DNA from: Mobula hypostoma
Lineage: Eukaryota
Length of the DNA: 64,000 nt
Direction of reading: 5' to 3'
Assembly (NCBI RefSeq): GCF_963921235.1
Contig: NC_086101.1
Span: forward strand, 6,202,001-6,266,000
Part shown: positions 12,207 through 24,330 of the stretch, piece after piece
How positions within the stretch are numbered: the stretch's first letter is position 1
Layout: every line of letters begins with the position of its first letter
Made by a program: the position numbers and the translations under genes
The notes under the pieces: generated by a model
What the model saw: the letters and a program-made list of their open reading frames with translations, nothing else
Databases searched by the model: none
What the model was told of the DNA's origin: nothing

Positions 12207-15132
12207 ATAAATTAGGAATGCGATGAGGTGGAGGATAATGCGTGGCTGAGGGATTGGAGCAGGGGGCAGGGATTCAAGTTTTTGGATCATTGGGACCTCT
12301 ACTGGTGCAGGCGTGACCTGTACAAAAAGGACGGGTTACACTTAAATCCTAGGGGGACCAATATCCTGGCAGGGAGATTAGCGGGGGCTACTGAGGTGAC
12401 TTCAAACTAGAAAGGTTGGGGGGGTGGGAATCAAATTAAAGAGGCTAGGCGTGAGGAGGTTAGTTCACAACAGAGGGATGGGAACCAGTGCAGAGAGACA
12501 GAGGGGTGTAAAGTGAGCGTAGAAGCAAAAAGTACAAAGGAGAAAAGTAAAAGTGGCAGGCCGACAAATCCAGGGCAAGCATTAAAAAGGGCTAAGAGAG
12601 TTGTAAAAGAGCGCCTGAAGGCTTTATGTGTCAATGCAAGGAGCATTCGTAATAAGGTGGATGAATTGAAAGTGCAGATTGTTATTAATGATTATGATAT
12701 AGTTGGGATCACAGAGACATGGCTCCAGGGTGACCAGGGATGGGAGCTCAACGTTCAGGGATATTCAATATTCAGGAGGGATAGACATGAAGGAAGGGGA
12801 GGTGGGGTGGCGTTGCTGGTTAAAAAAGAGATTAACGCAATAGAAAGGAAGGACATAAGCCGGGAAGATGTGGAATCGATATGGGTAGAGCTGCGTAACA
12901 CTAAGGGGCAGAAGACGCTGGTGGGAGTTGTGTACAGGCCACCTAACAGTAGTAGTGAGGTCGGAGATGGTATTAAACAGGAAATTAGAAATGTGTGCAA
13001 TAAAGGAACAGCAGTTATAATGGGTGACTTCAATCGACATGTAGACTGGGTGAACCAAATTGGTAAAGGTGCTGAGGAAGAGGATTTCTTGGAATGTATG
13101 CGGGATGGTTTTTTGAACCAACATGTCGAGGAACCAACGAGAGAGCAGGCTATTCTGGACTGGGTTTTGACAAATGAGGAAGGGTTAATTAGCGATCTTG
13201 TCGTGAGAGGCCCCTTGGGTAAGAGTGACCATAATATGGTGGAATTCTTCATTAACATGGAGAGTGACATAGTTAATTCAGAAACAAAGGTTCTGAACTT
13301 AAAGAGGGGTAACTTTGAAGGTATGAGACGTGAATTAGCTAAGATAGACTGGCAAATGACACTTAAAGGATTGACGGTGGATATGCAATGGCAAGCATTT
13401 AAAGGTTGCATGGATGAACTACAACAATTGTTCATCCCAGTTTGGCAAAAGAATAAATCAAGGAAGGTAGTGCACCCGTGGCTGACAAGAGAAATTAGGG
13501 ATAGTATCAATTCCAAAGAAGTAGCATACAAATTAGCCAGAGAAAGTGGCTCACCTGAGGACTGGGAGAAATTCAGAGTTCAGCAGAGGAGGACAAAGGG
13601 CTTAATTAGGAAGGGGAAAAAAGATTATGAGAGAAAACTGGCAGAGAACATAAAAACGGACTGTAAAAGCTTTTATAGATATGTAAAAAGGAAAAGACTG
13701 ATAAAGAAAAATGTAGGTCCCCTGCAGACAGAAACAGGTGAATTGATTATGGGGAGCAAGGACATGGCAGACCAATTGAATAATTACTTTGGTTCTGTCT
13801 TCACTAAGGAGGACATAAATAATCTTCCAGAAATAGTAAGGGACAGAGGGTCCAGTGAGATGGAGGAACTGAGTGAAATACATGTTAGTAGGGAAGTGGT
13901 GTTAGATAAATTGAAGGGATTGAAGGCAGATAAATCCCCAGGGCCAGATGGTCTGCATCCCAGAGTGCTTAAGGAAGTAGCCCAAGAAATAGTGGATGCA
14001 TTAGTGATAATTTTTCAAAACTCGTTAGATTCTGGACTAGTTCCTGAGGATTGGAGGGTGGCTAATGTAACCCCACTTTTTAAAAAAGGAGGGAGAGAGA
14101 AACCGGGGAATTATAGGCCAGTTAGCCTAACGTCGGTGGTGGGGAAACTGCTGGAGTCAGTTATCAAGGATGTGATAACAGCACATTTGGAAAGCGGTGA
14201 AATGATTGGACAAAGTCAGCATGGATTTGTGAAAGGAAAATCATGTCTGACGAATCTCATAGAATTTTTTGAGGATGTAACTAGTAGAGTGGATAGGGGA
14301 GAACCAGTGGATGTGGTATATTTGGATTTTCAAAAGGCTTTTGACAAGGTCCCACACAGGAGATTGGTGTGGAAACTTAAAGCACACGGTATTGGGGGTA
14401 AGGTATTGGTGTGGGTGGAGAATTGGTTAGCAGACAGGAAGCAAAGAGTGGGAATAAATGGGACCTTTTCAGAATGGCAGGCGGTGACTAGTGGGGTACC
14501 GCAAGGCTCAGTGCTGGGACCCCAGTTGTTTACAATATATATTAATGACTTGGATGAGGGAATTAAATGCAGCATTTCCAAGTTTGCGGATGACACGAAG
14601 CTGGGTGGCAGTGTTAGCAGTGAGGAGGATGCTAAGAGGATGCAGGGTGACTTGGATAGGTTGGGTGAGTGGGCAAACTCATGGCAGATGCAATTTAATG
14701 TGGATAAATGTGAAGTTATCCACTTTGGTGGCAAAAATAGGAAAACAGATTATTATCTGAATGGTGGCCGATTAGGAAAAGGGGAGGTGCAACGAGACCT
14801 GGGTGTCATTATACACCAGTCATTGAAAGTGGGCATGCAGGTACAGCAGGCGGTGAAAAAGGCGAACGGTATGCTGGCATTTATAGCGAGAGGATTCGAG
14901 TACAGGAGCAGGGAGGTACTACTGCAGTTGTACAAGGCCTTGGTGAGACCACACCTGGAGTATTGTGTGCAGTTTTGGTCTCCTAATCTGAGGAAAGACA
15001 TCTTTGCCATAGAGGGAGTACAAAGAAGGTTCACCAGATTGATTCCTGGGATGGCAGGTCTTTCATATGAAGAAAGACTGGATGAACTGGGCTTGTACTC
15101 GTTGGAATTTAGAAGATTGAGGGGGGATCTGA
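12207..15132 (+). mobile_element. Young CR1 LINE: end of ORF1 (SGNH-like) plus ORF2 (APE + RT), 3' end missing
   Basis: DGLHLN in 12228..12410; uninterrupted ORF2 from 12513 (ITETW, GDFN, SDH, YLDFQKAFD, GVPQGS, KFADD) ending abruptly at GGGGGGATCTGA. Confidence 0.95.
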
Positions 15133-15800
15133 AGATCACAATCGGTTCTTTGGTTTTACTGACGTTGAGTGCAAGGTTGTCGCTGCATCACCACTCAATG
15201 AGCTGGTATATCTCACTCCTGTACGCCCTGTCATCACCGTCTGAAATTCTGCCAACAATTGTTGTATTAGCTGCAAATTTATAGATGGCATTTGAGCCTT
15301 GCCTAGCCATTGTCAGGGGCTGTAGAGAGAGTAGCCATTGTCAGGGGCTGTAGAGAGAGTAGCCATTGTCAGGGGCTGTAGAGAGAGTAGCCATTGTCAG
15401 GGGCTGTAGAGAGAGTAGCCATTGTCAGGGGCTGTAGAGAGAGTAGCCATTGTCAGGGGCTGTAGAGAGAGTAGCCATTGTCAGGGGCTGTAGAGTCTGT
15501 AGAACAGAGGGCAAAGCACACATCCCTGAGGTGCACCAGTGTTGATTGTCAGTGAGGTGGAGACGTTGTTTCCATTCCACACAGATTGTGGTCTTCCAGT
15601 TTGGGAGTTGAGATTCAATTGCAGAGGGAGAGAAGAGGCCCAGTTTCTGGATCTTTTTGATCAGAACTGTAGGAATGATGGTGTGAAACGTGGAGCTGTG
15701 GTCAATAACCAGCATCCTGACATAAGTATTTGTATTGTCCAGGTGATTCACACCGAATGGAGAGACAACCAGATCACTTCCACCATAGACCTATTGTGGA
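15133..15800 (-). mobile_element. Old Rex1/L2-type LINE fragment (continues at 11930-12200; paralog 30290-31110)
   Basis: [25 protein letters not shown] in ORF 15425..15751. Confidence 0.7.
15304..15495. repeat. 28-bp minisatellite, 6 full copies plus one partial
   Basis: Unit TAGCCATTGTCAGGGGCTGTAGAGAGAG starting at 15304, 15332, 15360, 15388, 15416, 15444, 15472. Confidence 0.95.
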
Positions 15801-16297
15801 GATAGCAAATGCTGTTCTGTTGCTTCGGAATGCTCTGAAAATAAATGACGAAATTACAGGCCAGTGAGGTTGACATCAATACCGGGAAAGTTACCGGAAG
15901 GTATTCTAAGGGACTGGATATGCAAGTATTTGGAAGTCGGACTAATTAGGGGCAGTTGGTATGGTTTTGTGCATGGTAAGTCATGTCTAATCAATCTTGT
16001 AGTGATTTTTTCAGGACGTTTGCAAAGAAAATTAATGAAGGCAAGTCGGTGAATGTTGTCTACATGAACTTTTGCAAGGTCTCAAATTGGAGGTTGGTCA
16101 AAAAGGTTGGATAGTTTTGCATTCAAGATGAGGCAATAATTTGGATGAAAATCAGAATCAGAATCGAAATCAGGTTTGATATCACCGGTATATATCGTGA
16201 AATTTGTTGTTATGCACTCAACATTGCAATACACGATAATAAAATCTGAATTACAGTGAGAAGTATATAAATATATAAAGTTAAATTAAATAAGTAG

Positions 16298-19200
16298 CGA
16301 AGGGGGCGCTAGTGCGCATGCGTATGGATTAGACGAGTTTGGTCAGTGCTCCTCTCCGAGGCCTCGATAAAATTACTATTATACCGTGTTTTATTCATTC
16401 ATAGGCCGACAGTGTATGTCTGAACTAAGGGTACGTCCACACTACGCCGGATAATTTTGAAAACGAAGCTTTTTCTCTTCGTTTTGACCTTCTGTCCACA
16501 CTGAAACAGAGTTTTCATCCCCCGAAAACGGAGATTTTCAGAAACGGTCTCCAGAGTGAATAAATCTGAAAACGCCTAATATCCGTTGTACTGTGTACGG
16601 GGTAAACGGAGAGATTTAAAAACGCTGTCATGACAACACCACAACAACAATGCTTTTTCTGCTTCTGCTTCGTACTGCACAAGCTGTTATAACGCGCAGT
16701 CGGTGTGAACGGCGTGAGAGTTAAATTGTAAAGTGAGCTTTTTTGACTATTTAAAAACGCTGTCATGATGTGCCGGAACAGATGTTCATTGTTTTCTTGA
16801 ACGCCACCACCTAACAATTTCAGAACAGACGGCAACGAGACTGAAGCCAGAAGGGTTAGAAATGTACTCACCAAATACTTTGACCCATAGCTTACTGAAT
16901 AAATAAGTATACTCCCTTTGCCCTGTTTTCTGTCCTTGCTTGTATGAAGGTGGTTTACCTATTTATGCAAGTACTTCTCTGACAATAGATGTGTAACAGC
17001 CTAATGTAACATTGTATGGAAATATAAGACAACACTGATGCAGACGTTTTATACATTTAACAAGGTGCTTTATTAATGCAACAGAGTTAACAATGCTAAC
17101 AATGGGTCGGTAAAGCACTTCTCCGCGTCTGAGATGCCGCCGGATTAAACCTACGCCATGTGCAAGGAATTAGGTCAGGAGATTTCTCAGTCAGTTCTGC
17201 GCGGCATTAGCGAACGCTTTAATGTTTTTGAGACCAAGACAGAGGCGCTTGTGGCCTCCCAGGCTGACTTGCCAGCCGTGTGGCTAATCAAGAACTAACC
17301 ACCAGTGACCTTGAAACACGCGTGCAAGAGCTTGAAGTTAAGTATTCAGAGCTAATGAGACAAAATAGCCAGCTAGAAGCTAACGTGCATGACTTAGAGG
17401 CTCGTTCCCGGAGACATAATATTAAGATTGTAGGGATACAAGAAGGCGAGGAGGATGGTAAACCTACTGAACTTGTTTCCAGACTGATTCCCAAGTTGCT
17501 TGGGGTAGAGCATTTCCCGCATCCGGTTAAAGTCGATCGCGCGCATCACTCACTCTATCCTAATCCGGCTGCCGGCGAGAAACCGCGCACCGTTTTGGCA
17601 CGTATCCATCACTTTCAAGTGAAAGAGCTGATCCTGCGCCGCAGCAGACTACGACCTATGGGGTACAAGGGAAATAAAGTCTTGATCTTCCCGGACTATA
17701 CTAAAGAGGTGATGACTCAACGTCGTGCCTTTCGTGATGTACTGCAAACTCTGCGTGATGGAGGAATCAAGCAAACCCTGCGGTATCCGGCTAGACTCTA
17801 TATTTATCATCAAGATGCAAGAGCGTCTAAAGAATATGACGACCCGATAGAAGCAGCACAATTCTTGGAAAGGAATAATGCACGAAAAAGGGAGTAGATA
17901 TATTGACACTGTTTATTCAGCTTATATTTGTGCCGGTTTCCATATTGGAATATGGGGAAGAACTTGCTTGTTATATATAGTTTTGCAATGCCGTATGCCG
18001 CACTGGGATTTAATTGCAGAGAATGTTCTAAATACTTTTGTTATTATAAGGGTTAAATTTGAGTTGGTGTCATGAATGTTCAGCTTCAGTTGCAGACACT
18101 GCATAACTCTCCCAAGCGCTAATAGCATTTGTTTAACGGTATTATATAATTTGTGTTATAAATTTTCTCGGAGAGAAGGTTTGTGATAATTGTGTAATGT
18201 TAGTTACCTGCCCAGCAGCTCCTTTTGGGATGGAAATGGGGAACTATGTGTCTGGTTTAGGGAGACACGAAGGGGGGTGGGTTAGGGTGTGTGTTGTTTT
18301 TGTTCATGGCTCAGACATGGTTTTTTGTGTATGTTGTGTTTTTATGAGGCCGCAAGCCATTTTGCGTTGTTTACTATGTTTGTGCTCAACTCTAATAATC
18401 TCTTTTTAATTCTCATATGCAGAGGCCATGCGGTGGAAAACAGCTGGGGGGTAAAGATATTACAATAGTCTCGTGGAATGTTAAGGGCCTTGGTCATGTT
18501 GTTAAGAGGGATAAAGTTTTTAGACATCTCAAATCTCTATTTGCAGATGTGAATTTTCTACAGGAAACCCATATCAAAGTAACTGAGCAACGCAGATTGA
18601 GATCTTACTGGATATCACAGGTTTACCAGTCACCATTTACTTCTCATGCCCGTGGTATGGCTCTCCTCTTTAGGAAAAATATTCCATTTCAACTCACTTC
18701 CATGACCACAGATCCTCTCGGCAGGTTTATTATGATCTCTGGCACCATTAATTCGTTTCTGCTAACCTTCCTTAATATTTATGGTCCAAATAGAGACGAG
18801 GCAAATTTTTTTTAGGAAAGTTTTTGATTTACTTCCAGATGCCAGTAATTCAAATATAATAATCGGCGGTGACTTGAATTGCTACCTGGACCCATATTTA
18901 GACAGATTGTCCTCCCGCCCGTCCTCTAATATCTTGTCAGTGCACATCCTAACTAATCTGATTAGATCTGGGAATTTAGTAGATATTTGGCGAGTTCAAG
19001 ATCCCACCGACAAGGACTATTCTTATTATTCTCATGTTCACAAATCTTATAGTAGAATAGACTATTTTTGGTTGATTCTCATTTAATATCTCGTGTTACC
19101 AATACAAAATATCATAATAGATTAATTTCTGACCATAGCCCCTTGACAATGTCCCTAAATCTCTTCCTTTCCAAATGAATCTATTCCTGGCATTTTAACC

Positions 19201-19722
19201 CCTCCCTACTCGCTGATAAGAAATTCATAGAATATTATCACCACCAGATTAAAAGATTTTATAGAAATTAACGATAACGGCGAGGTGTCAGATTCCACAC
19301 TCTGGGAGACATTATAAGTTGTAATTCCTGGGTATATAATTTCATATGAATCCACTGCTAAGAGGGAGAGAGAAGGGCGATTATTAGAGATTGAGAATAC
19401 TCTCCCAACCCTCGAAGCGACATACCAGGCTTCGAAACCCTCTGAAGTTTATAATAAAATAATGAAGCTTAAATATGAGTAAATTGTATCTTGGGTAGTC
19501 AGATATATAACCTCCTCTTAAAATTAAGACAAAAACATTTTGAAATGGGGGACAAGCCTAAGGGGTTGCTGGCTCGGCAGCTCAGGGGTGCCCAGGACCT
19601 GAGGTCAATTCATTGCATTAGATCGAGGGCGGGTACCCTGTTAACTAACCCCAAGGAGGTAAATGACTGTTTTAAAGAATTTTACAGTGAACTCTACACC
19701 TCTAAATGCAATGCCACTCAAT
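16298..19722 (+). mobile_element. L1-clade LINE: 5' UTR, ORF1 (17280..17897) and disrupted ORF2 endonuclease region, truncated before RT
   Basis: ORF1 motifs LEARSRRHNIKIVGI, RAH, IFPD, RRAF, LRYPARL; ORF2 SWNVKGL, FLQETH, NIYGPN, GGDLN, SRIDYF, SDH; GGGGGCGC 5' start. Confidence 0.9.
16429..17090. mobile_element. PIF/Harbinger-like non-autonomous element (one end), inside L1 5' region
   Basis: TAA followed by GGGTACGTCCACACTAC terminus and repeated GAAAACG subterminal motifs; second TIR not found. Confidence 0.55.
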
Positions 19723-22368
19723 GCAAGGTCAGGCTCAGTGCCAGGACCTAATGGAGTGCCGCATAAGGTGTTCAAGAAGTGTGAACAGCTGAGGAAATAC
19801 TTGTGGAGATTGTTAAAGGTGGTGTGGAGACAAGGTGTTGTTCCTTTGTCATGGAGTGAGGCTGAAGGAGTGTACATCCCGAAGGAAGAGAATTCTTCTA
19901 CATTGAATCAGTTCCAACCAATTTCACTCCTGAATGTAGAGGGGAAGATTATGTTTGGCATTCTGGCAGAAAGAATATCTTCATTTGTGATAGAGAATGG
20001 ATTAGTAAATATATCTGTGCAGAAGGCAGGAATACCGGGCTTCCCAGGATGCCTTGAACATTCTAGTATGATATGGCATACCATCCAGGAGTCAAAAAGG
20101 TTGAGAAGAAATCTGGCTGTAGTTTGGCTTGATCTGGCAAATGCGTATGGTTCTGTTCCCCATGTCCTGATTGAGTTTGCGATGGAATTCCTATGGATTT
20201 CTGCTAAGGTGAGGAACTTTATTATGCAGTACTCCAACGATTTCCGGATGAAGTTTTCCACTCAGCAGTTTACAACTAGGTGGCAGAGCTTGGATGTTGG
20301 AATCCCAATGGGACGTTCAATTTCACCCATCCTTTTTGTGTTAGCCATGGAGGTTATTGTGAGGGCTGCAGAATCAGTGGGACCAGGTGTCGCACTTGAT
20401 GGCGGAGAGGAGTTACCACCAATATGAGCGTTCATGGATGATCTTACACTTTTGGGTCCCAGCACGGAGGCAGTGGAAAATGTACTATCTAGGCTCGAGG
20501 AGCTAATGGATTGGGGAAAAATGAAGTTCAAGACCAAGAAGTCAAGGAGCCTTGTTCTTAGGAGAGGAAAGCTGGTTGACTTTCATTTCACCCTTTGTGG
20601 AGAGGAGATTCCATCCATTCAGGACCAACCAGTTAAGAGCCTCGGGCAATGGTACACAGAGGAGCTGAGAGACACCAAGAGGGTTCAAGAGACAGGAGAA
20701 CAGATCAGCAGAGGTCTGATGTCTGTTGACGAGTGTGGCTTGCCTGGCAGGTTGAAGTTGTGGTGCTTGCAGTACAGACTGATACCACGGATAATGTGGC
20801 CACTAACTGTCTATGAAGTGGCAATGTCCCACGTAGAGGCAATGGAATGGAAGATCAACAAGTATGTGAGGAAGTGGCTTGGAGTACCGAGCAGCCTCAC
20901 CAATGTTGCAATCCACAGTAGCCAGACAAAGCTTACCATCCCAGTGCAATCCCTTGTTGAGGAGGTTAAGGTAGCCAAGGTAAGATCATTCTTGATGCTT
21001 CGAGAGTCAGACCCTGTCATCAAGAACACCCAGCCGGATGTGAGATCAGGCAGGAAGTGGTCAGCCCGTGTTGCAGTTGATGAGGCAGAGTCCAGAATGA
21101 AGCACAAGGAGACAGTTGGGGCTATCCAGCTGAGCCGCCAGGGACTTGGATAGACAACCCACAAGTGGTGGTCATCTTCTACAGGTAAGGAGCGCCGTGA
21201 GCTTGTAACACAAGAAATACGAGAGGTAGAAGAGGAGAAGAGGTTAACTAAAACAGCTGGCCTGGCCAAACAAGGGGCTTGGACCTGGTGGGAAAGTGTT
21301 GAACAGCGACATCTATCTTGGAATGTTCTGTGGCAGATGGAACCGCTCCGCATTTCTTTTTTATGCAGAGCAGCGTACGATCTGCTCCCAACACCTGCCA
21401 ACCTCAGCACCTGGTATGAAGATAAGACAGACAGGTGTGCTGCTTGTGGCGAGAACATATCTTGACTGCATGCAGAGTCAATCTTTCCAGCAGCATGTAC
21501 ACTTGGAGACATAACAACATTCTCAAAGTTGTAACAGAAGTGGTTGAGCAGAGAGTACTGCAGCACAACTTATCTCATGCCCCATGCTGCACAGAACATC
21601 GCACATCATTTGTGAAAGAAGGCTCCAAGTCAAGGGTGTACAGCATAGGCTCACGATCAAGCATACTTTCTTCAGCAAATGATTGGTGTGTCAAGGCTGA
21701 CTTGGACGGGAACGGCAGTTTCCCGGAGCAAACAGCTTTCACAACATTGCGTCCAGATATAATCGTATGGTCTGACACCAGTAGAGAAGCGGTTATTGGT
21801 GAACTCACAGTCCCCTGGGAAGACAACATCGATGAAGCCCATGGGCGCAAGTTAACCAAATATGCAGAGTTAAGATCAGAGTACAGAGACAGAGGGTGGA
21901 AGGTCTTGTGCTATCCATTCGAAGTAGGCTGCCGTGGGTTTATTGTGTTCACTGTCCAAAAGTGGCTGAGTGACCTTGGCTTCACTAGAAGAGAGATCAA
22001 GTCAACCAGCAGGGCTGTAGCTGAGGCAGCAGAGAAAGGATCAGCATGGGTGTGGACCAAGTATGTCCAGAGGGGCAGATAGTCAGACAGTGCATACATA
22101 TCTTGCAACGCCTTCAGTAGTTGCCTAGACACCTGAAGAGTAGACTATCTGTTGGATGGAAGTGACCAACAACTCTGATAGAGGCAGATGCCAAGTTTTT
22201 AAGCTCACCAGTGGGAGGTGGTTCTTTAGCACTGCTGGCCCACCACCTCGAAGGAGTCTTGATCATAAGCGGGCCAAAACTCCTGAAGACAGGTGGCAGA
22301 TCAACTGATGATCCCACTGGTGATAGCACAGGACAGTTAACGTCTTAGTCCATGTGTATTTTGTAACT
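19720..22368 (+). mobile_element. Hero/R2-group non-LTR retrotransposon (RT + zinc finger + restriction-like endonuclease), 5'-truncated with a few stops
   Basis: SVPGPNG, PISLLNVEGKI, WLDLANAYGSVPH, FMDDL, HIL-x-x-C, RHN, RPDIIVWS..ELTVPWE, K-x-x-KY, EVGCRGF. Confidence 0.9.
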
Positions 22369-22439
22369 CAGATTGTGTTTACTTCACTCTCCGCACATTT
22401 ATATTTACACTGACTTACTCCTGATGCGTCCCGGGACCC

Positions 22440-22949
22440 GACCCGTTTCTCAGCCACTAGTCCGAAGGTTTTCATCCCAGGTCCGAAGAAAGGATAAAGT
22501 TTCTCCGTGAAATTATTCGCAGTGGAGGTGTGGAGATGGGTCTTATTCTCCGCATTGTAAAATAAAACTGTCCCGGACTCGTAACTGAGATAAACTCCCA
22601 CCCTCCTGGGGATGGGACCGGCAGGGAGACGGGACACAGGGGAGGTGAGAACCTTCATCTCGTCACCATCCTGCCGGATGGTCCAGAATCCGTCTCCGGA
22701 CTCGGTGTGACCCCTCTCTTCCTCTCCACAGACTCTGCGGCGACCCCCAGACACCAGCGCCGATGCCCCATCACCTCCACCTCCCAGTAATGTCTCCCCG
22801 ATGTGAATCCCTCCGATCCCATCATACAACCCCGGTCTGTGAACCTCTTCCTGGTGTCAGGGAGATTCCTCCGGGTCTCGGTCCGTCTCACAGTCTTCCG
22901 ATCCTCATACACCTCGAGCCGCAGATTCGCCATTTCCACATCCAGGGTG
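22440..22949 (-). pseudogene. PRY/SPRY terminal exon, copy C, pseudogenised
   Basis: Split over ORFs 22655..22939 and 22368..22829; 1-bp deletions near 22691 and 22485; ~30-bp deletion removing the stop; 15-bp deletion removing the splice acceptor relative to copy D. Confidence 0.9.
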
Positions 22950-22999
22950 GGGCGGTGGGGGGGGTGGTGCGGGAGAGAGAGCCCGCTGGGACTCAGGTA

Positions 23000-24330
23000 C
23001 AGTCTTTGTCCCCATTACTACCTGACCAGCATCATTTTCCAGACGTTCAATATCAAATCTCACCTCCCTTTTATTTGTATAACTGAAAAAAACTTCTAGT
23101 TTGCGATCATGTTTCATCTTTTCCCATCTTATGGCTTTTTGGATTTTAAAACCTTCCCAATCATCCAACCCCACTCACTTTTGCTACCTTACATGCCCTT
23201 TCATTGGCTTTTATGCAGTCCTTAACTTCCCTTGTCATCCACGGTTGGCTCGCCCTGCTATCTGAGAACAACTTCTGTGGGACATATCTATCCTGCGCCT
23301 TCTCCCCATAACGGTTGATGCCATGTCCAAGCAAGATCCTGTCAAGCTCTGCCTTAAATACCCCCAAGGATCTGTCCTCCATGGCTGCCTGTGGTAATAA
23401 ATTCCACAAATTCACCACCCTTTGGCTAAAGAAATCAGAATCAGGTTTATTATCACCGGCATCTGTTGTGAAATTTGTTTGTACACAGTGGCTCTGTTTT
23501 AAATGGGCGCCGTTCTATCTGAGGCTGTGCCCTCTTAGCCTTGACTCTCTCACCATGGGAAACATCCTTTCCACACCAACTCTGTCTGAGCCGTTCCAAC
23601 ATATGAAAGCTTTCAGTGTGATCCCGCCCCACCATACTTCTAATTTCCAGTGAGTACAGACCCAGAGCTATCAAAAGTTCCTCAGATGATAACCCTTTCG
23701 TTCACGGAATCATCCTTGTGAACTTGATTTGGACTTTCTCCAATGGCAGCATGTCTTTTCTAAGATGAGGGGCCAACCTGTTCACATTATTCAAGGTGAG
23801 GCCTCACCAGTGCCTAATAAAGCCTCAGCATCACATCCCTGTTCTTGTATTCTAGGCCTCTTCAAATGGATGCTAACATTACATTTGCCTTCCTCACCAT
23901 CGACTCTGCCTGCAAGTTAACCTTTAGGGTGTTCTACACAAGGACTCCCATCTCAGATGCAAGACTTGCATCTCATATTTTTGGATTTTCTCCCCGTTTA
24001 GAAACTAGTCTACACATTTATTTCTACTACCAAAATGTATGACCATGCATTTCCCACCATTGTATTTCATTTGCCACTCTCTTCCCCATTCTCCTAATCT
24101 GTCCAAGTCCTTCTGCAGCCTGTCCTCAACACTACCTGCCCCTCCACCGATCTTGAAATAAGTAATGAACTCACCTACTTACCTTGCCTCCGCCTGTTCT
24201 CGCTGAAGCCCTGTCGAGCCAAAGCCTTTCCACTCTGACTCAAGACTACACCGATGACGACCGCTCCCATGATGAACACTCTGCTGGGCGGGACCTCTCT
24301 TTTATAGAGACTGGGATTCTAAAGCTCTTC
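23000..24330 (-). mobile_element. Mosaic of old CR1 fragments (duplicated at 61350-63460)
   Basis: VNLWNLLPQ, LGLYSLE and PWMTREVKD fragments. Confidence 0.7.

Noticed and set aside
597..15132. CR1 piece at 597-1030 being the displaced 3' end of the 12.2 kb CR1
   Set aside because: They overlap by ~40 nt and the 597 piece sits in a clean insertion site, so an independent 5'-truncated insertion is simpler
12755..15139. Long antisense ORFs over CR1 copies
   Set aside because: Shadow frames of CR1 ORF2 that recur in each copy, with no independent motifs
15304..15495. CRISPR-like repeat array
   Set aside because: Units are contiguous with no spacers, there are no cas genes, and the context is eukaryotic
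22125..22330. Hammerhead ribozyme in the Hero-type 3' UTR (CTGAAGA, CTGATGA)
   Set aside because: No correctly placed GAAA with closing stems could be built
24170..24330. Donor-like sites upstream of copy C as TRIM exon 5
   Set aside because: No similarity to exons 1-5; contiguous with CR1 fragments and more like a retroelement 5' UTR
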